64,000 bases of DNA from Candidatus Bathyarchaeota archaeon (GCA_963702095.1 OY969706.1:768001-832000); one strand, 5' to 3'; shown: positions 39,895 through 50,690, counted from the stretch's first letter. Numbers and translations: made by a program. Notes: generated by a model not told the origin, from the sequence alone.

Positions 39895-40026
39895 CAAGAA
39901 ATACTCAGCTACTATATGCCCATCACATGCGTGTTCAACGCTACACTTGCGCTTTACACTATTCCTCTGGGTTACATTATTGCTGTGGTGATAAAGCGGA
40001 ACCTAAGACACGCCAACATGGTATAA
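39895..40026 (+). pseudogene. Orphan C-terminal fragment of an ECF S-component paralog
   Basis: QEILSYYMPITCVFNATLALYTIPLGYIIAVVIKRNL vs preceding gene's LFLPAGAVFNAIVALYTIPLAFAITVAVTSRV. Confidence 0.75.
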
Positions 40027-40087
40027 CGGCAGATCAATTTTCTGTTGACCGCAATCTTTGTTGGAGCATATGGAATATTTCCAATTC

Positions 40088-40270
40088 ATGCATGCATTCA
40101 CACGCACATCGCGCCTGCCTCTGCATGGAAGCATGCACTGGGTGTGGAGAAAAACAATCTCGCCACACCGAAACAGACGCTAAAACTGTTGCACCCCCAA
40201 AACACAACGCAGCCCACAACAGTCCTGTGGCACCCCGCAAACCGCCACACCCACATAAAGAGACAAAAAT
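40088..40270 (+). repeat. Dispersed element family A, copy 4
   Basis: Near-identical to reverse complement of 20925-21100; hairpins tgcatg/catgca, ggtgtgg/ccacacc, tgtggc/gccaca. Confidence 0.95.
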
Positions 40271-40310
40271 CTTTCAACACAAATTGAACTCAAAATAAAA
40301 AAAGAAAAAA

Positions 40311-41270
40311 TTAGAAGCCCAAGGCTTGCGCAAGCACCTTAGGATTAATCTGCCCTGCCTTGAAGGTTCTGCCCGTCTTAGCATTGTTAATCATGAGCAG
40401 CGCTGGAGCAAATAGGCCACCGTCTATCTTGTAGAAGTCTTTGCCTGCGTCGAGGAAGATTTGCAAAAACGGTTTGCCGTAGTCTTTCGAGTTAACCGAA
40501 GGAGCATCCTTGACTAATTGTTGCAGTTTAGCTTCATCATCGTAGTCAACAGTCAGATACACGGTTCCACCGTAGAGGATAACGTCGTTGGTTCTTGCCA
40601 TCGCCACCTCGAAATCTGGACCCACAGGCGGAATCGGCGCATAACCCATCGCGTAACGGATAACTTTAGGGTCCAATCCCAAAGTGTGCAGTTTGTGAAT
40701 GCCGACTTCGACAACGCGGCCTGCAACCTGCGTTAACCCTGCAACACTGGCGGTTGGAGCCACAACCACAATCAAGTTTGAAGCGGCGACGTTGCTGTTT
40801 TTGCAGACTTTCTCAACTAAGACGTCCGTGGGCAGCACGTTGCTCTCAAGAGTGATTACGGCTTTGTCAGATTGGTCGGTGTAACCGATTTCCTCGTAGA
40901 TTTCTTTGGGTTTTAACGCGATTGCTCGCACTGGGCCTGAGCCGATGGCGATGTTGTCGCCGTCTTTTATGCGCCAACCCGCAAACTGGCTGCCCAGCAT
41001 TGCGATGGCGGGGTAATCGGATGTGATGGTTACTGAGGGGAAAGTGAGGTCGCCGTAGTTTTTGAAGCCTAATTCTGCTTTGCCTGCGCCGCCTAAACAG
41101 AGTTCAGTTAAGATTTTGCCTGCTTCAAAGCCGCCTGATGCCTTGACGCCTGCATCGATGATGGTGGCTCCAGCAGACGATTTAGTGACCACTACACCGT
41201 AAGATTTAGGGTTCTCAAGTAATTTCTGAGCTTTTTCCCAAGCCAATTGGTTTACGCTTATGTTACCCAT
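40311..41270 (-). CDS. mch: Methenyltetrahydromethanopterin cyclohydrolase
   Basis: ISVN, CLGG, LGSQFAGW, GSGPVRA, TNDVILYGG, DFYKID..LFAPA. Confidence 0.96.
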   Translation of the reverse strand: MGNISVNQLAWEKAQKLLENPKSYGVVVTKSSAGATIIDAGVKASGGFEAGKILTELCLGGAGKAELGFKNYGDLTFPSVTITSDYPAIAMLGSQFAGWRIKDGDNIAIGSGPVRAIALKPKEIYEEIGYTDQSDKAVITLESNVLPTDVLVEKVCKNSNVAASNLIVVVAPTASVAGLTQVAGRVVEVGIHKLHTLGLDPKVIRYAMGYAPIPPVGPDFEVAMARTNDVILYGGTVYLTVDYDDEAKLQQLVKDAPSVNSKDYGKPFLQIFLDAGKDFYKIDGGLFAPALLMINNAKTGRTFKAGQINPKVLAQALGF

Positions 41271-41341
41271 ATGTTTTCACCTAAACAAGCATCCATAGTG
41301 GATGAGGCTTAAAATATTAAAGTTAACGCTACAGCAAAAGC

Positions 41342-42148
41342 TTATGGTACTTGCGAGATGCCTGAACCGCCCGTGGTATCTATGCTTCCCAAGGTGGGGT
41401 TGCCTTTGTAGTAGAGGTGGGCACCTCCGCTTAAGTCCCCACTTATGGTGCCACTGGCGTTAACGGTGCATTGGCTTCCCCCACTCAAATCCACATGGGC
41501 ATTGTTAACTTGGAAGTCTGCGAGGTTAAAGTTAGCTCCACCCGAACCCACCAATGTAACGTCCACGCCTTGCCCAGTCATGGTGAGGCGACTTCCCCCT
41601 GAGAGGTCAGCGCCAAAATTGGTTACCAAATTGAGGTTCTGCGCATTGACAACTGACCCGCCAGACGCCTGCACCTGCTCCAGGTTTGGCATGGTGACTT
41701 CAGCTTTTAACGCTGTAGGCTGGTAGCCTATGCCTGGTTTCATATGAATTTCTAAGGTGCTTCCCGACTTGTGAATATCAACGTACTGTTGGAGGTTGTC
41801 GTCAGTTGTAACTTTAATGCTGTAGATGCTTCCCTGCGTAACCTCGACGTTAAAGCCGCCGCTTGGAGAAACAGCGGTGAAACCGTCGATGTCGATCTGC
41901 TGGGTTGACAGTTGACCTGAGCCGACATGACCAAACAGTCCGCCGCCCCAAACGGATACCAAGACGATTGCGACTGCTGCAACCGCCAAAATAACAATGC
42001 CCACAATCACCAAAGGGTTTAGTGATCTGTTCTCGTTTCTACGCCTGTTTTCGTAAGGCTGCTGTTGGACGGCGACGGGGGTGCCGCATTTGGGGCAGTA
42101 CGTCATATCTGGCTCAAGTTTGGCTCCGCATTTTCGACAATAACTCAA
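41342..42148 (-). CDS. Zinc-ribbon + TM + DUF2807 (head GIN) protein
   Basis: CRKCG...CPKCG, TM, TDDNL, repeated DLSGGS, YYKGNP. Confidence 0.82.
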   Translation of the reverse strand: MSYCRKCGAKLEPDMTYCPKCGTPVAVQQQPYENRRRNENRSLNPLVIVGIVILAVAAVAIVLVSVWGGGLFGHVGSGQLSTQQIDIDGFTAVSPSGGFNVEVTQGSIYSIKVTTDDNLQQYVDIHKSGSTLEIHMKPGIGYQPTALKAEVTMPNLEQVQASGGSVVNAQNLNLVTNFGADLSGGSRLTMTGQGVDVTLVGSGGANFNLADFQVNNAHVDLSGGSQCTVNASGTISGDLSGGAHLYYKGNPTLGSIDTTGGSGISQVP

Positions 42149-42303
42149 CTACATCTCCATTTTGTACTTGTATGCCTATGCAAATAAGATTTTCCATCCG
42201 CAGGTGACCCCTTTGTTTCTCACGGAAGCCCTTGTTGTAGGCACAAAGCAGTCACAACTTCTAAAGAACCGCATCATAAACTCACTAACTTGAGGCGAAG
42301 ACC

Positions 42304-42885
42304 TTGAAAATTGCGATAATCGGAAAAGGCAACGTTGGAACTGCCCTCTCAAAAGGTTTAAGCAGAGTTGGCTACGAAATCAAATTCGGACACCGCGACC
42401 CCAAAGAGCCCGTGGCAGAAGCTGCAAAATGGGGAGAAGTCATCATTCTCGCCGTTCCACACAGCAACGCGAATGACGCCAGGGCAGCCGTCAAACCCTA
42501 CGCCGACGGAAAAACCATCATAGACGTCATGAACGCGATACCACCAAACATGGAATTGGGCATAAGCTGCGAAACCTCCTCTGCAGAGGAAACCCAGAAA
42601 AAACTTCCCCAAGCGCACGTCGTTAAAGCTTTCAACACCGTTTTCGCCCCTAACCAAAGCAGCGGCAGAATCGGCGACCAACAGTTAACAGCATTTATCG
42701 CCGGCGACGATGCAGAAGCCAAGCAAACGGTGATGCAGATGACCCGTGACATCGGCTTTGATCCCGTTGACTGTGGTCCGTTGAAGTCTGCTCGGTACTT
42801 AGAGGCGATGGGTATTTTGATAATTAATTTAGCGTTTACCTATGGCAGGGGGACGAAAACTGGTTACAGGCTAATCAGAGGCTAA
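42304..42885 (+). CDS. F420-dependent NADP oxidoreductase family dinucleotide-binding protein
   Basis: IIGKGNVG, ILAVP, VVKAFNT, GDDAEAK, GPLKSARYLE. Confidence 0.88.
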   Translation: MKIAIIGKGNVGTALSKGLSRVGYEIKFGHRDPKEPVAEAAKWGEVIILAVPHSNANDARAAVKPYADGKTIIDVMNAIPPNMELGISCETSSAEETQKKLPQAHVVKAFNTVFAPNQSSGRIGDQQLTAFIAGDDAEAKQTVMQMTRDIGFDPVDCGPLKSARYLEAMGILIINLAFTYGRGTKTGYRLIRG

Positions 42886-42896
42886 GTCAGGCAGTT

Positions 42897-43565
42897 CTAT
42901 GAGGAATCCATGGACATTATTGAATTGTAGACTTGTGACGCTATGATGTCTGCGCCTTCGTCGGTTGGGTGTACTCCGTCCGCTGTGTATTCGCTGTGGT
43001 TGCCGAAGGCATTATAAACATCCACAGTGGACAAGTTGAGGTTGCTTGCCACATTATCTATGTGTGGAATCACTGAATTAGAGAAAGTTGTTTCATTCAA
43101 ACTTAAACTGTTGTTGAAAATCGGCGGAGACCTCACCAATACGATTTCGGGTGTACTGTAGAGCTTTTGGAATGAGGAAATTAACACGCTGTATTCTTGC
43201 TCAAAACAAGTCTGGTACTTGGTGTAGTCGTTTCTGGCATCATTTGTTCCCAGCATTATCACGACAATTTCTGGCTGGAAAGATTCGGCGACATAAAACT
43301 TCGACTCCATCATGTACGGTGTTTCCGACTCAAGCGTAACCGTAGTTCCGCTTACACCAAAGTTCCCAACCGAATAGTTGGCGCCTAGCATAGTGGCAAG
43401 CTTCGCGGTGTACCCGCTTTTTTCTGTGATGCTGTCGCCGACGCAGGCTACGCGGATGGGGTATGTGATGTGTTGTTCTTGAGTGGAACCGACAATACAA
43501 AATAATCCTGTTGATACCGTCATGACCGCAATTGCCAAGGCAAGCAGCTTTAGTTTCGGATTCAT
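42897..43565 (-). CDS. Secreted SGNH/GDSL hydrolase
   Basis: VGDSIT, FGVSG, LGTND, DGVHP; N-terminal TM. Confidence 0.9.
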   Translation of the reverse strand: MNPKLKLLALAIAVMTVSTGLFCIVGSTQEQHITYPIRVACVGDSITEKSGYTAKLATMLGANYSVGNFGVSGTTVTLESETPYMMESKFYVAESFQPEIVVIMLGTNDARNDYTKYQTCFEQEYSVLISSFQKLYSTPEIVLVRSPPIFNNSLSLNETTFSNSVIPHIDNVASNLNLSTVDVYNAFGNHSEYTADGVHPTDEGADIIASQVYNSIMSMDSS

Positions 43566-43706
43566 CTCTGAGTCTAAACCTATACCTTGGACAATACTGT
43601 GTGTATTAAACTTGTTGACAAGCAAGTTCTATTCTTCAACAATGATACCGCTTATTGGTTTGATAGGTATAGGCGGAATCGTTCAGCGAATGTGCCATCA
43701 GGGATT

Positions 43707-44780
43707 TTATCCGAGTAGCTTCTTGAAGCCCGGTATCTGTTTCAGAGCCAAGATAACACCCAATGTAAGGAACAGTACAATCACCGTCATTATGGGCACA
43801 CCGATAACCGAGTTTATGACATTGCCGTTAATCGCTAATCCCAAATACCCGTTTTGAACCGACTCCAAAACAATCACGTGAAACAGGAATATCGGCAGCG
43901 AGTTTTGGCTTATTGATGCGATTAACTTTCTGGTCTTCGACGGCTTCTGTTTTTCCACAGTAGTCGTCGCTTGGGGGTTTTGTAGGGTGATTAGAAGCAG
44001 AAACAGGGGGGCTGCTGCGAGGATTAATGTTGGGCTTAGGTATTGCTGGAAAAAGAACATTTCTTTTCCACCCACTGTGGCGGCGATGGCGTAGGTGTTG
44101 ATTGCAGTTAAAGCCACGCCCAAACCGATTAAAAGCCACAGCAACCGCCGACGAGTAGTCTTTACCGTTAGCAAAAATGCCCCTAAAATAAAGTAGCCTG
44201 CATAACCCGTGAAGGTTAAGACGTTGTCATCTAAATAAAATGGGGTTACAAGATGGATAAGTGGCATTATGGAAGCGCTAGCAAACCACAGTATAAGCGC
44301 GTATTTTACGATGTTGAGGCTAGCATGCGCCATCAACACACGAATCAGGGGTGTTAGCAAGTACAGGCCGATGAGCAGGTAAATGTACCAGAACTGGTAG
44401 TATGGCCCTGTTAAGACACCCTGCACAACAGCGCCCGCTGTTAAGGGTTGTTGTTGTACGCCAAAAAACCAAACAAAATAGACAAGACCCGCGAAAATAA
44501 CTGGCAAGCCTATGCGGTCCCAACGTTTCTTAAAGAAAACCTTCAGCGACTCATTGAATTGACTGGGCTGCAAAAGCAAGACGCCTGTGAGCATTAGAAA
44601 CAGTGGAACGCCGATTCTTCCGATGCTCTGGTAAAAGTCTACGGTGACCCAGCGGATCTGTTCAAAAGAAGTCATCTGCTGAATGGTTAAGTCATTTTGG
44701 GAATGGAGAAGAATAACCAGTGTTATAGCTACGGCTCGAATGATGTCTACGCGGTAGGAGAACCCACTATTCTGCCCCAA
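43707..44780 (-). CDS. Acyltransferase-3 family membrane O-acyltransferase
   Basis: DIIRAVAITLVILLH, VPLFLMLTG, KKRWDRI, FWYI, IFLFH. Confidence 0.9.
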   Translation of the reverse strand: MGQNSGFSYRVDIIRAVAITLVILLHSQNDLTIQQMTSFEQIRWVTVDFYQSIGRIGVPLFLMLTGVLLLQPSQFNESLKVFFKKRWDRIGLPVIFAGLVYFVWFFGVQQQPLTAGAVVQGVLTGPYYQFWYIYLLIGLYLLTPLIRVLMAHASLNIVKYALILWFASASIMPLIHLVTPFYLDDNVLTFTGYAGYFILGAFLLTVKTTRRRLLWLLIGLGVALTAINTYAIAATVGGKEMFFFQQYLSPTLILAAAPLFLLLITLQNPQATTTVEKQKPSKTRKLIASISQNSLPIFLFHVIVLESVQNGYLGLAINGNVINSVIGVPIMTVIVLFLTLGVILALKQIPGFKKLLG

Positions 44781-44862
44781 CCATGCTCCCCCTGCCCCGC
44801 TATTCTTTTGATGCGTTTAGAATATAAATTTTAACCCAATCAAAGAATTTTAGTTTACTTTT

Positions 44863-45534
44863 TTACCTGCCAACATAGTTCAAAGCAGAATAAACTGTGT
44901 CAGCAATGATTTGGGCGCCCTCGTTAGTTGGGTGAACGCCATCAATGAACAACTCTTCGTGACCCGCCAGAGGCGTGTTTGCATCTATCAACCTGCAGCC
45001 AGTCTGGTTTGCTATAATTTTTATGTCTGGAATAATCTTTTGGAATAACAGTAATCCGCTCAGGTCTACGGTGTTTTGGTAGATGGGCGGCGGCTCAACA
45101 AGCCACACCTCTGGTTTGCTTGGAAGCGACTGGAACTGGGCAATCAACGCGGTGTAGTCGGAGATGAATTTGACGCTGGATTCGTTGAGGTTTGCGTCGG
45201 CATCGTTGGTTCCCAGCATGATAATAACGATGTTGGGCTGGAAGTCTTTTGCGACGGTACAGGCGGTTTCGTTGATGAATGCTTTGCATGATTCTATGTA
45301 GACTGCGACTCCGTCTACTCCGAAGTCGCCGACGATGTAGCTGGAGCCCAGCAAATGCCACAAATCAAGCGTGTACTGGGTTCCTCTGGTTAAGCTATCG
45401 CCGACACAGGCTACGCGTATGGGTTCGGTTTGGATTTCACCTTTTGAGTTGACGGTTATCATGTAGGCTTCTGCACCTGCTGAAACGAGTAAAATCGCAA
45501 CCGCAATCGCCAGCAGTTTCACGGTATGATTCAT
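44863..45534 (-). CDS. Secreted SGNH/GDSL hydrolase (paralog of 42897-43565)
   Basis: VGDSLT, FGVDG, LGTND, DGVHP; start MNHTVK. Confidence 0.9.
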   Translation of the reverse strand: MNHTVKLLAIAVAILLVSAGAEAYMITVNSKGEIQTEPIRVACVGDSLTRGTQYTLDLWHLLGSSYIVGDFGVDGVAVYIESCKAFINETACTVAKDFQPNIVIIMLGTNDADANLNESSVKFISDYTALIAQFQSLPSKPEVWLVEPPPIYQNTVDLSGLLLFQKIIPDIKIIANQTGCRLIDANTPLAGHEELFIDGVHPTNEGAQIIADTVYSALNYVGR

Positions 45535-45777
45535 AGCTCTGTGTTGTTTGGGTTTACTTTTAAGTTTTAAACAATTGCGTGGAAAATTATGTGCTTTGAA
45601 ATGGGTATATATGCAGTTTGCATGAACCGAGTTTAAATAAATAATCAATAAGTTAATATCCGCCGCCAAAGCTTTTGCGGTAAAACATAGGGCGCACCAA
45701 AAAATAAGCCCGCCTAAATTGGAGTTTAACCCCCAATTCTTGGAAAATTAAAATGAAAATAACTGGAGTTACAAATA

Positions 45778-47038
45778 TTGAAAATTGAAGTTTTGGGAGG
45801 AGCCAGAGAAGTCGGCGGCTCATGCATCTCCGTCGTAACAGACTCAGCTAAAATAGCGCTGGATTATGGCGCAAAAATCGACGATGTTATACCTAAAAAG
45901 TTGCCGAAGGATTTCGACGCCGTATTTATCAGTCACGCCCACCTGGACCACACTGGTAGCCTTCTGAGCTTATGCAAAAACAACAGCCCAACTATAGTTG
46001 GCTCAGAAATAACCCGTGATGTAACTGTTGACCTTCTCCACGACATGGTCAGTATTCAACAGGAAAAAGGCAACCTAGAATTCGACGACAGTCACGCAGA
46101 AAAAGTGAATAACTGTTGGTGGAGCCGGGACTCCGTTGCGTTGCCCGGTGTCAAGGTTATGCTTCAATCTGCCGGTCACGTTGCAGGCGCAAAAATGACC
46201 AGTTTCGAAGCAGAAAAGAAACGGGTCATTTACACAGGAGATTTCTGTCTTCACGACTCGGAGATACTTCATGGCGCTAAACTCGAAACGCTTCCTAAAA
46301 GCCCCGATCTGCTGATTATGGAATCGACTTATGGCGGAAAAGTTACGCCAGCCCCGTCATGAATTAGTTGACACGTTTATGCAGCAGATGCAGACGGTTA
46401 TGGATCGCAGAGGCAACATTTTGATTCCCACCTTCGCGTTCCACCGCAGCCAAGAAATGGCAAAGCGGATTGACACAGCCATAGAACGTGGAATATTGCC
46501 CCGCTACAACGTTTACACGATCTCTAACCTTGCCCACCGCATAAACAGTTACTTCAACCAAAACAAGCAGCTATTCACCAAAGAAATAAAGCAGCAGAAA
46601 CAGCCCTTCAACTACCGCCATGTCAAGCACCTGTACAGGACTAACCAGATTAAGGAACCAGCCATCGTTGTATGCACGTCAGGGTTTGGCCATGCAGGCG
46701 CAAGCCTACGTTTACTATCTGATTGGTCACAGGACAAAGACAACTGCGTCATCTTAACATCTGGGTATCTGCCTCCTGACAGCCCGCTTAAGCAGGCTAA
46801 GGAAGAGGGTTTCTTCAAAACTGAAGAGGAAGTGGTGACTATGCGTTCGGAGATATGCCAGATTGAACTTTCAGGCCACGCAGACCAAGTGGAGCTTGTA
46901 AAGTTCATCAGCAAGTTGAAGCCCAAACAGACCCTTCTTGTCCACGGCGACCTAGAACAGGCAGAGTTGCTGTCTGAACAAGTTTCAAGTTTGACCGATG
47001 TGGTTATTCCCAAGCAGAACGAGGTCTTCGACGTCTAA
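45778..47038 (+). pseudogene. MBL-fold beta-CASP ribonuclease split by a one-base frameshift
   Basis: GGAREVGGS, SHAHLDH, AGH, YTGD, MESTYG in frame 1; IPTFAFHRSQE, LSGHAD, LVHGD in frame 2; junction at 46335-46360. Confidence 0.85.
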
Positions 47039-48276
47039 CTCTGCTGGGTTGACCTAAACCTCAACAACGCCGCTAAGCCTCCCAAAGCGTTAAGTGACTT
47101 TTTCTCTTCTGAAGACGAAGAAATCACTTCAACACTCGCATTGCTCTGCACAGCCAAATCCTCCAACACATCCACTATGTCTTTTTCCCGCAACTCGTAT
47201 GAGGTTGCCCCGCATTTCTGGCAGGGAATCGCTATCATTTCTTGTGCAGCTTGAGTTTTATTTGCGGACAACTCCTTTTTGGGTGTCCCACATTTCTTGC
47301 ATACTGCATCGATTTCAGCTATGTCGGTGTTGTCGGCGACTATTGCCACTTGCACTTCAGCCTTGTTTAGGGCGTTTATCACTTGGTCCAATCCGTAGGT
47401 GGCTAAGCCGTCTGGTTTGCGTAGTTCCGAGAACAGGCGCTGCATGATTTTTTGCTCTTCGGGTCCACACATGTTCTTGAGGAGTTCTTCGGATTTGCAG
47501 ATGACTTCTTTGATGCCTGCTTTATCGACGGATTGGGTGTCCACAGTGTCCAGCAGCATGTTGGAGAGTTCATAGTGCAAAAAGTCGCCTTTCAAGAAAT
47601 CGTTTTTTGTTTGCCCCGGTCCGCCCGCCAATAAGACGTTGACTTGTTTTTTCAGGAAGTTCTTGACTGCGTGTTCTGCGACGCGGTGGAAGAACGCTGT
47701 CAACTCCATGTCGCGTTCTCTTTCGTATCGTCTCTGGCTCTGCCCGCCTTTCCTGGTTTTGCCCGGAACACCCGAGGAGATATTATCCACTACTTCGAGG
47801 TGTTCACCGGTGAGTATGCCGAAACTGGCGTCTTTCGCGTCTAGGGTGAGGATTCCAACGATTTTTGGGTCTCTTAGCATTTCCCGTAGAGGCTCTAAAT
47901 GGAAGTAGTCGTCAACATTGAATTGGTAGGTTGTCAGTGGTTCTGGGGGAATTATGGTTTCAACGGTTAAGGCTTCTTTCTCTCCCCCTGATACGTGTGT
48001 TCCAGCGAAAACCGCCAGCCCATTCTCAGAAGTCTCTTTCAGCTGCCTCAGATGTTGCATAGTGCCTTTAAGAGTGGCTTGAAACCTGTCGTTTAGCCGC
48101 TCCGACCCTAAGTTAATTGATTCCAATTCCTTCTTTAGAAAAGCAACCGACTGGTCCAGAGAGGCTACAAAAGGAACATAGAATGAGACGAATTCTCGCC
48201 CTTTCCCCTGCAAGTCGGATAGGCGTGCGATTTGTTTTCTGAGTTTATGCTGTTTCACTGAGTTAGTTGATGCCAA
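47035..48276 (-). CDS. aRF1/eRF1-family peptide chain release factor paralog with degenerate N-domain motifs
   Basis: VPGKTRKGGQSQRRYER, GGPGQTKNDF, ATYG, zinc ribbon, LGGLAALLRF; NIKS and YxCxxxF absent; probable TTG start at 48276. Confidence 0.88.
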   Translation of the reverse strand: MASTNSVKQHKLRKQIARLSDLQGKGREFVSFYVPFVASLDQSVAFLKKELESINLGSERLNDRFQATLKGTMQHLRQLKETSENGLAVFAGTHVSGGEKEALTVETIIPPEPLTTYQFNVDDYFHLEPLREMLRDPKIVGILTLDAKDASFGILTGEHLEVVDNISSGVPGKTRKGGQSQRRYERERDMELTAFFHRVAEHAVKNFLKKQVNVLLAGGPGQTKNDFLKGDFLHYELSNMLLDTVDTQSVDKAGIKEVICKSEELLKNMCGPEEQKIMQRLFSELRKPDGLATYGLDQVINALNKAEVQVAIVADNTDIAEIDAVCKKCGTPKKELSANKTQAAQEMIAIPCQKCGATSYELREKDIVDVLEDLAVQSNASVEVISSSSEEKKSLNALGGLAALLRFRSTQQS

Positions 48277-48372
48277 CTGGCAAGAGTAGAAATGGGTGTT
48301 TCTGTTGACGGACAAATCTGAAACCTTAACTATACTATGGCACCGCAAAATTCAAACCTATCGCATCAGAGC

Positions 48373-48588
48373 TTAATGTCTTAGCAGCTTGGGCAACAGG
48401 CAGAAACCGGCGAAAGTCCAAAGCAGCACCCAGCAGCCAAAGGTGAACGCGAAGTAGTCCAGTGTCCAGTCGCTGCATACAAACGCCAAGTAAAACCATG
48501 TTACAAACGCCAAAATGACCCCTAAAAGGAGCGCCCTTGGAAAAAAGAATTTGAAACCAGCGAATAACGCGTTGATTTTTTGGTTCAT
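48373..48588 (-). CDS. Small two-TM membrane protein
   Basis: MNQKINALFAGFKFFFPRALLLGVILAFVTWFYLAF... Confidence 0.55.
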   Translation of the reverse strand: MNQKINALFAGFKFFFPRALLLGVILAFVTWFYLAFVCSDWTLDYFAFTFGCWVLLWTFAGFCLLPKLLRH

Positions 48589-48856
48589 GCTTGCATGTTT
48601 CGGGGCTTGTTTTTTAAAGACTTCGGCGTTTTGCCCATAAATGGGTTCGACCGCTGAGTCGTAAAAGATGTGTAAAATTGGTGAGGGCGGGGGCCCCCAA
48701 ACGAACAACTATTGAAACCCATTACGCAAGGCAGCTTAAAAGAGGATACTCCGACTCTCGATATATCCAGAGACTGTTGAGCAATCAAACGACATTTTAT
48801 GGGAGACTTTAAAGCGCACCCTTTCGGGAAATAGTAACGTAACGGTGCCCAAAAAA

Positions 48857-49889
48857 ATGAGGACGCTCACCAAGTTGATCATAACTGTGTTGGCAGTAGT
48901 CCTTATAGTCAGCAGTACTTTGTTAGTGCTCGCCAACTACCACGTTGCAAGCGATGTTTTAACCCCGACTAAACAATATCCACAGGTTTATATCCGCTCC
49001 AACGGTGAAATCGAAACAAACGGCGCCAATTCCTCAGCGGTGCCAATCAGTCGCAACGGCAACATTTGCACATTAAATGCAGCCATGGAATTAGAAAACA
49101 TGACTATTGAAAAAAGCAAAATAGTGTTTGACGGCAACTATTTCCCAATTCAAATAGTGGGACCCGGCGGTTACAAACATGGACCGACTTTAGCGTATCT
49201 GAATGTCATACGCGCAGAAAACGTAACGGTTCGCAATCTAAATGTTCCCCTCTTTCAGTTGCTTTTCCATGATTGTTGGTCCTGCCAAGCGTTGAACAGC
49301 AAACTTTGTTTCAGTCATAATGAATAACAGTAGAGCCATCTCCGTTTCTGAGATCAGCATTGAGTATGGCGCAACCGTGGACTTGACGAATTCAAGCGAT
49401 TGCACCGTATCCAACAGCACGGTAGCGAACTTCGGACTAAGGAACGCTTATCATAACAAACTGCTCAACAACAACATGAGTGTTGTGAAAGAACTTGCCC
49501 TAAGCATAGTTGATTCAAGCAGCAACCTGTTTTACGGAAACAGGATCGAGCGGTCAATCAGATTGCTCGAAATCTCGGGCTCTTCAGGCAATAACCTGTT
49601 TGTAGGCCACTATGTTCAGGGCTCCTTCAACTACGACCCCACCATCAAAAGCTCGGGAACTAATACGTTTTACCATAACAACTTTGTTTACGTCTACTGG
49701 AACCAAACTTTAACCTCAACGCCTAACATGTGGGATGGCAATTACTGGAATGACTATCACGGGGTAGATGCTAACGGTGATGGCATAGGCGATTCTCCGC
49801 ATCTTATTGACGCCAACAATCAGGATAGGCACCCATTGATGAACCCAGTGGATTTAAGCTTAGAACCCCAACCACAAACATTACCTTGA
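48857..49889 (+). pseudogene. NosD-like parallel beta-helix surface protein, frameshifted
   Basis: VYIRSNG, IVFDGN, NTFYHNNF, GNYWNDY, DANGDGIGDSP, DRHPLMNP; removing one T at 49305-49307 joins both ORFs. Confidence 0.8.
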
Positions 49890-49965
49890 CAACCCTTTAA
49901 TCTTGAACTTTTCGAAGCAGATTCCAACAATAAAGACTCTTTTGTCAATGATTTCTCGTATGGTT

Positions 49966-49990
49966 TGCAGGGGGTGGGATTCGAGCTCGC
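49966..49990 (-). other. Degenerate tRNA 3' fragment (T-arm + acceptor strand, tRNA-Leu-like)
   Basis: Reverse complement GCGAGCTCGAATCCCACCCCCTGCA resembles archaeal tRNA-Leu ...GTGGGTTCGAATCCCACCCCCTGCA; no 5' half visible. Confidence 0.6.
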
Positions 49991-50340
49991 AACTCAGTGG
50001 GTATATCGCCCGCCTTACCCCCTTTTTAACAGTAAATCACGTTTTTGTTCTCTCTCTTTGAGTGGATTTGCCAGTATATACCGAAGCTGTCTTCAAAATA
50101 ATTCAGGAGAGTTCGGTTTTTCACAAAAAGTTTCAATTCTTATGCCAGTCAGAACCAAGCTAAGCCCCATAATCATGCTTTCGTTTGCTAAATTAGCCGT
50201 AACTTGTTACCATTAATGCTCAATTTTGCATTGTAATTCTATGTTTTACAAAGATTGATTTGAAACCTGTGACATATTCTTATCGTTGAAATATAGGTTA
50301 AAACACTGGTTGACAGTGGAACTTCAAAGAGTGAAACAGT

Positions 50341-50589
50341 ATGTCAAACGATTCTGCTCCAGAAGATTGGTCCAACCGCCGAACTGCAACACTAGACTTT
50401 ATAATTAAAAGTTTAAAGGAACACGAGCAAAATCTAGATAAGCTGATCGGTAAACTGATGGAACTCAAGCAACAGATAGATGATACAAAAGAGGTCTATA
50501 GTCGCTTCGAAGAAATAGAAGTCAGCATCGGCAATTTGGAAAGCGAAATTAAACGCTTAAGCGGCTACATCTCGGCTTCAAAAAAATAG
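50341..50589 (+). CDS. Small coiled-coil protein
   Basis: LDFIIKSLKEHEQNLDKLIGKL heptads. Confidence 0.7.
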   Translation: MSNDSAPEDWSNRRTATLDFIIKSLKEHEQNLDKLIGKLMELKQQIDDTKEVYSRFEEIEVSIGNLESEIKRLSGYISASKK

Positions 50590-50690
50590 CGCATTGTGGT
50601 GCACGCCTCTTAAGATGCATTTTTTGAGTGTGTTTGTTCTTGGGATATATTCATGCATATTACATATTTTTATAAATATGTTAGAGTATT

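Noticed and set aside
49961-50030. Intact tRNA gene
   Set aside because: No anticodon arm, D-arm or 5' acceptor strand; T-stem mismatched
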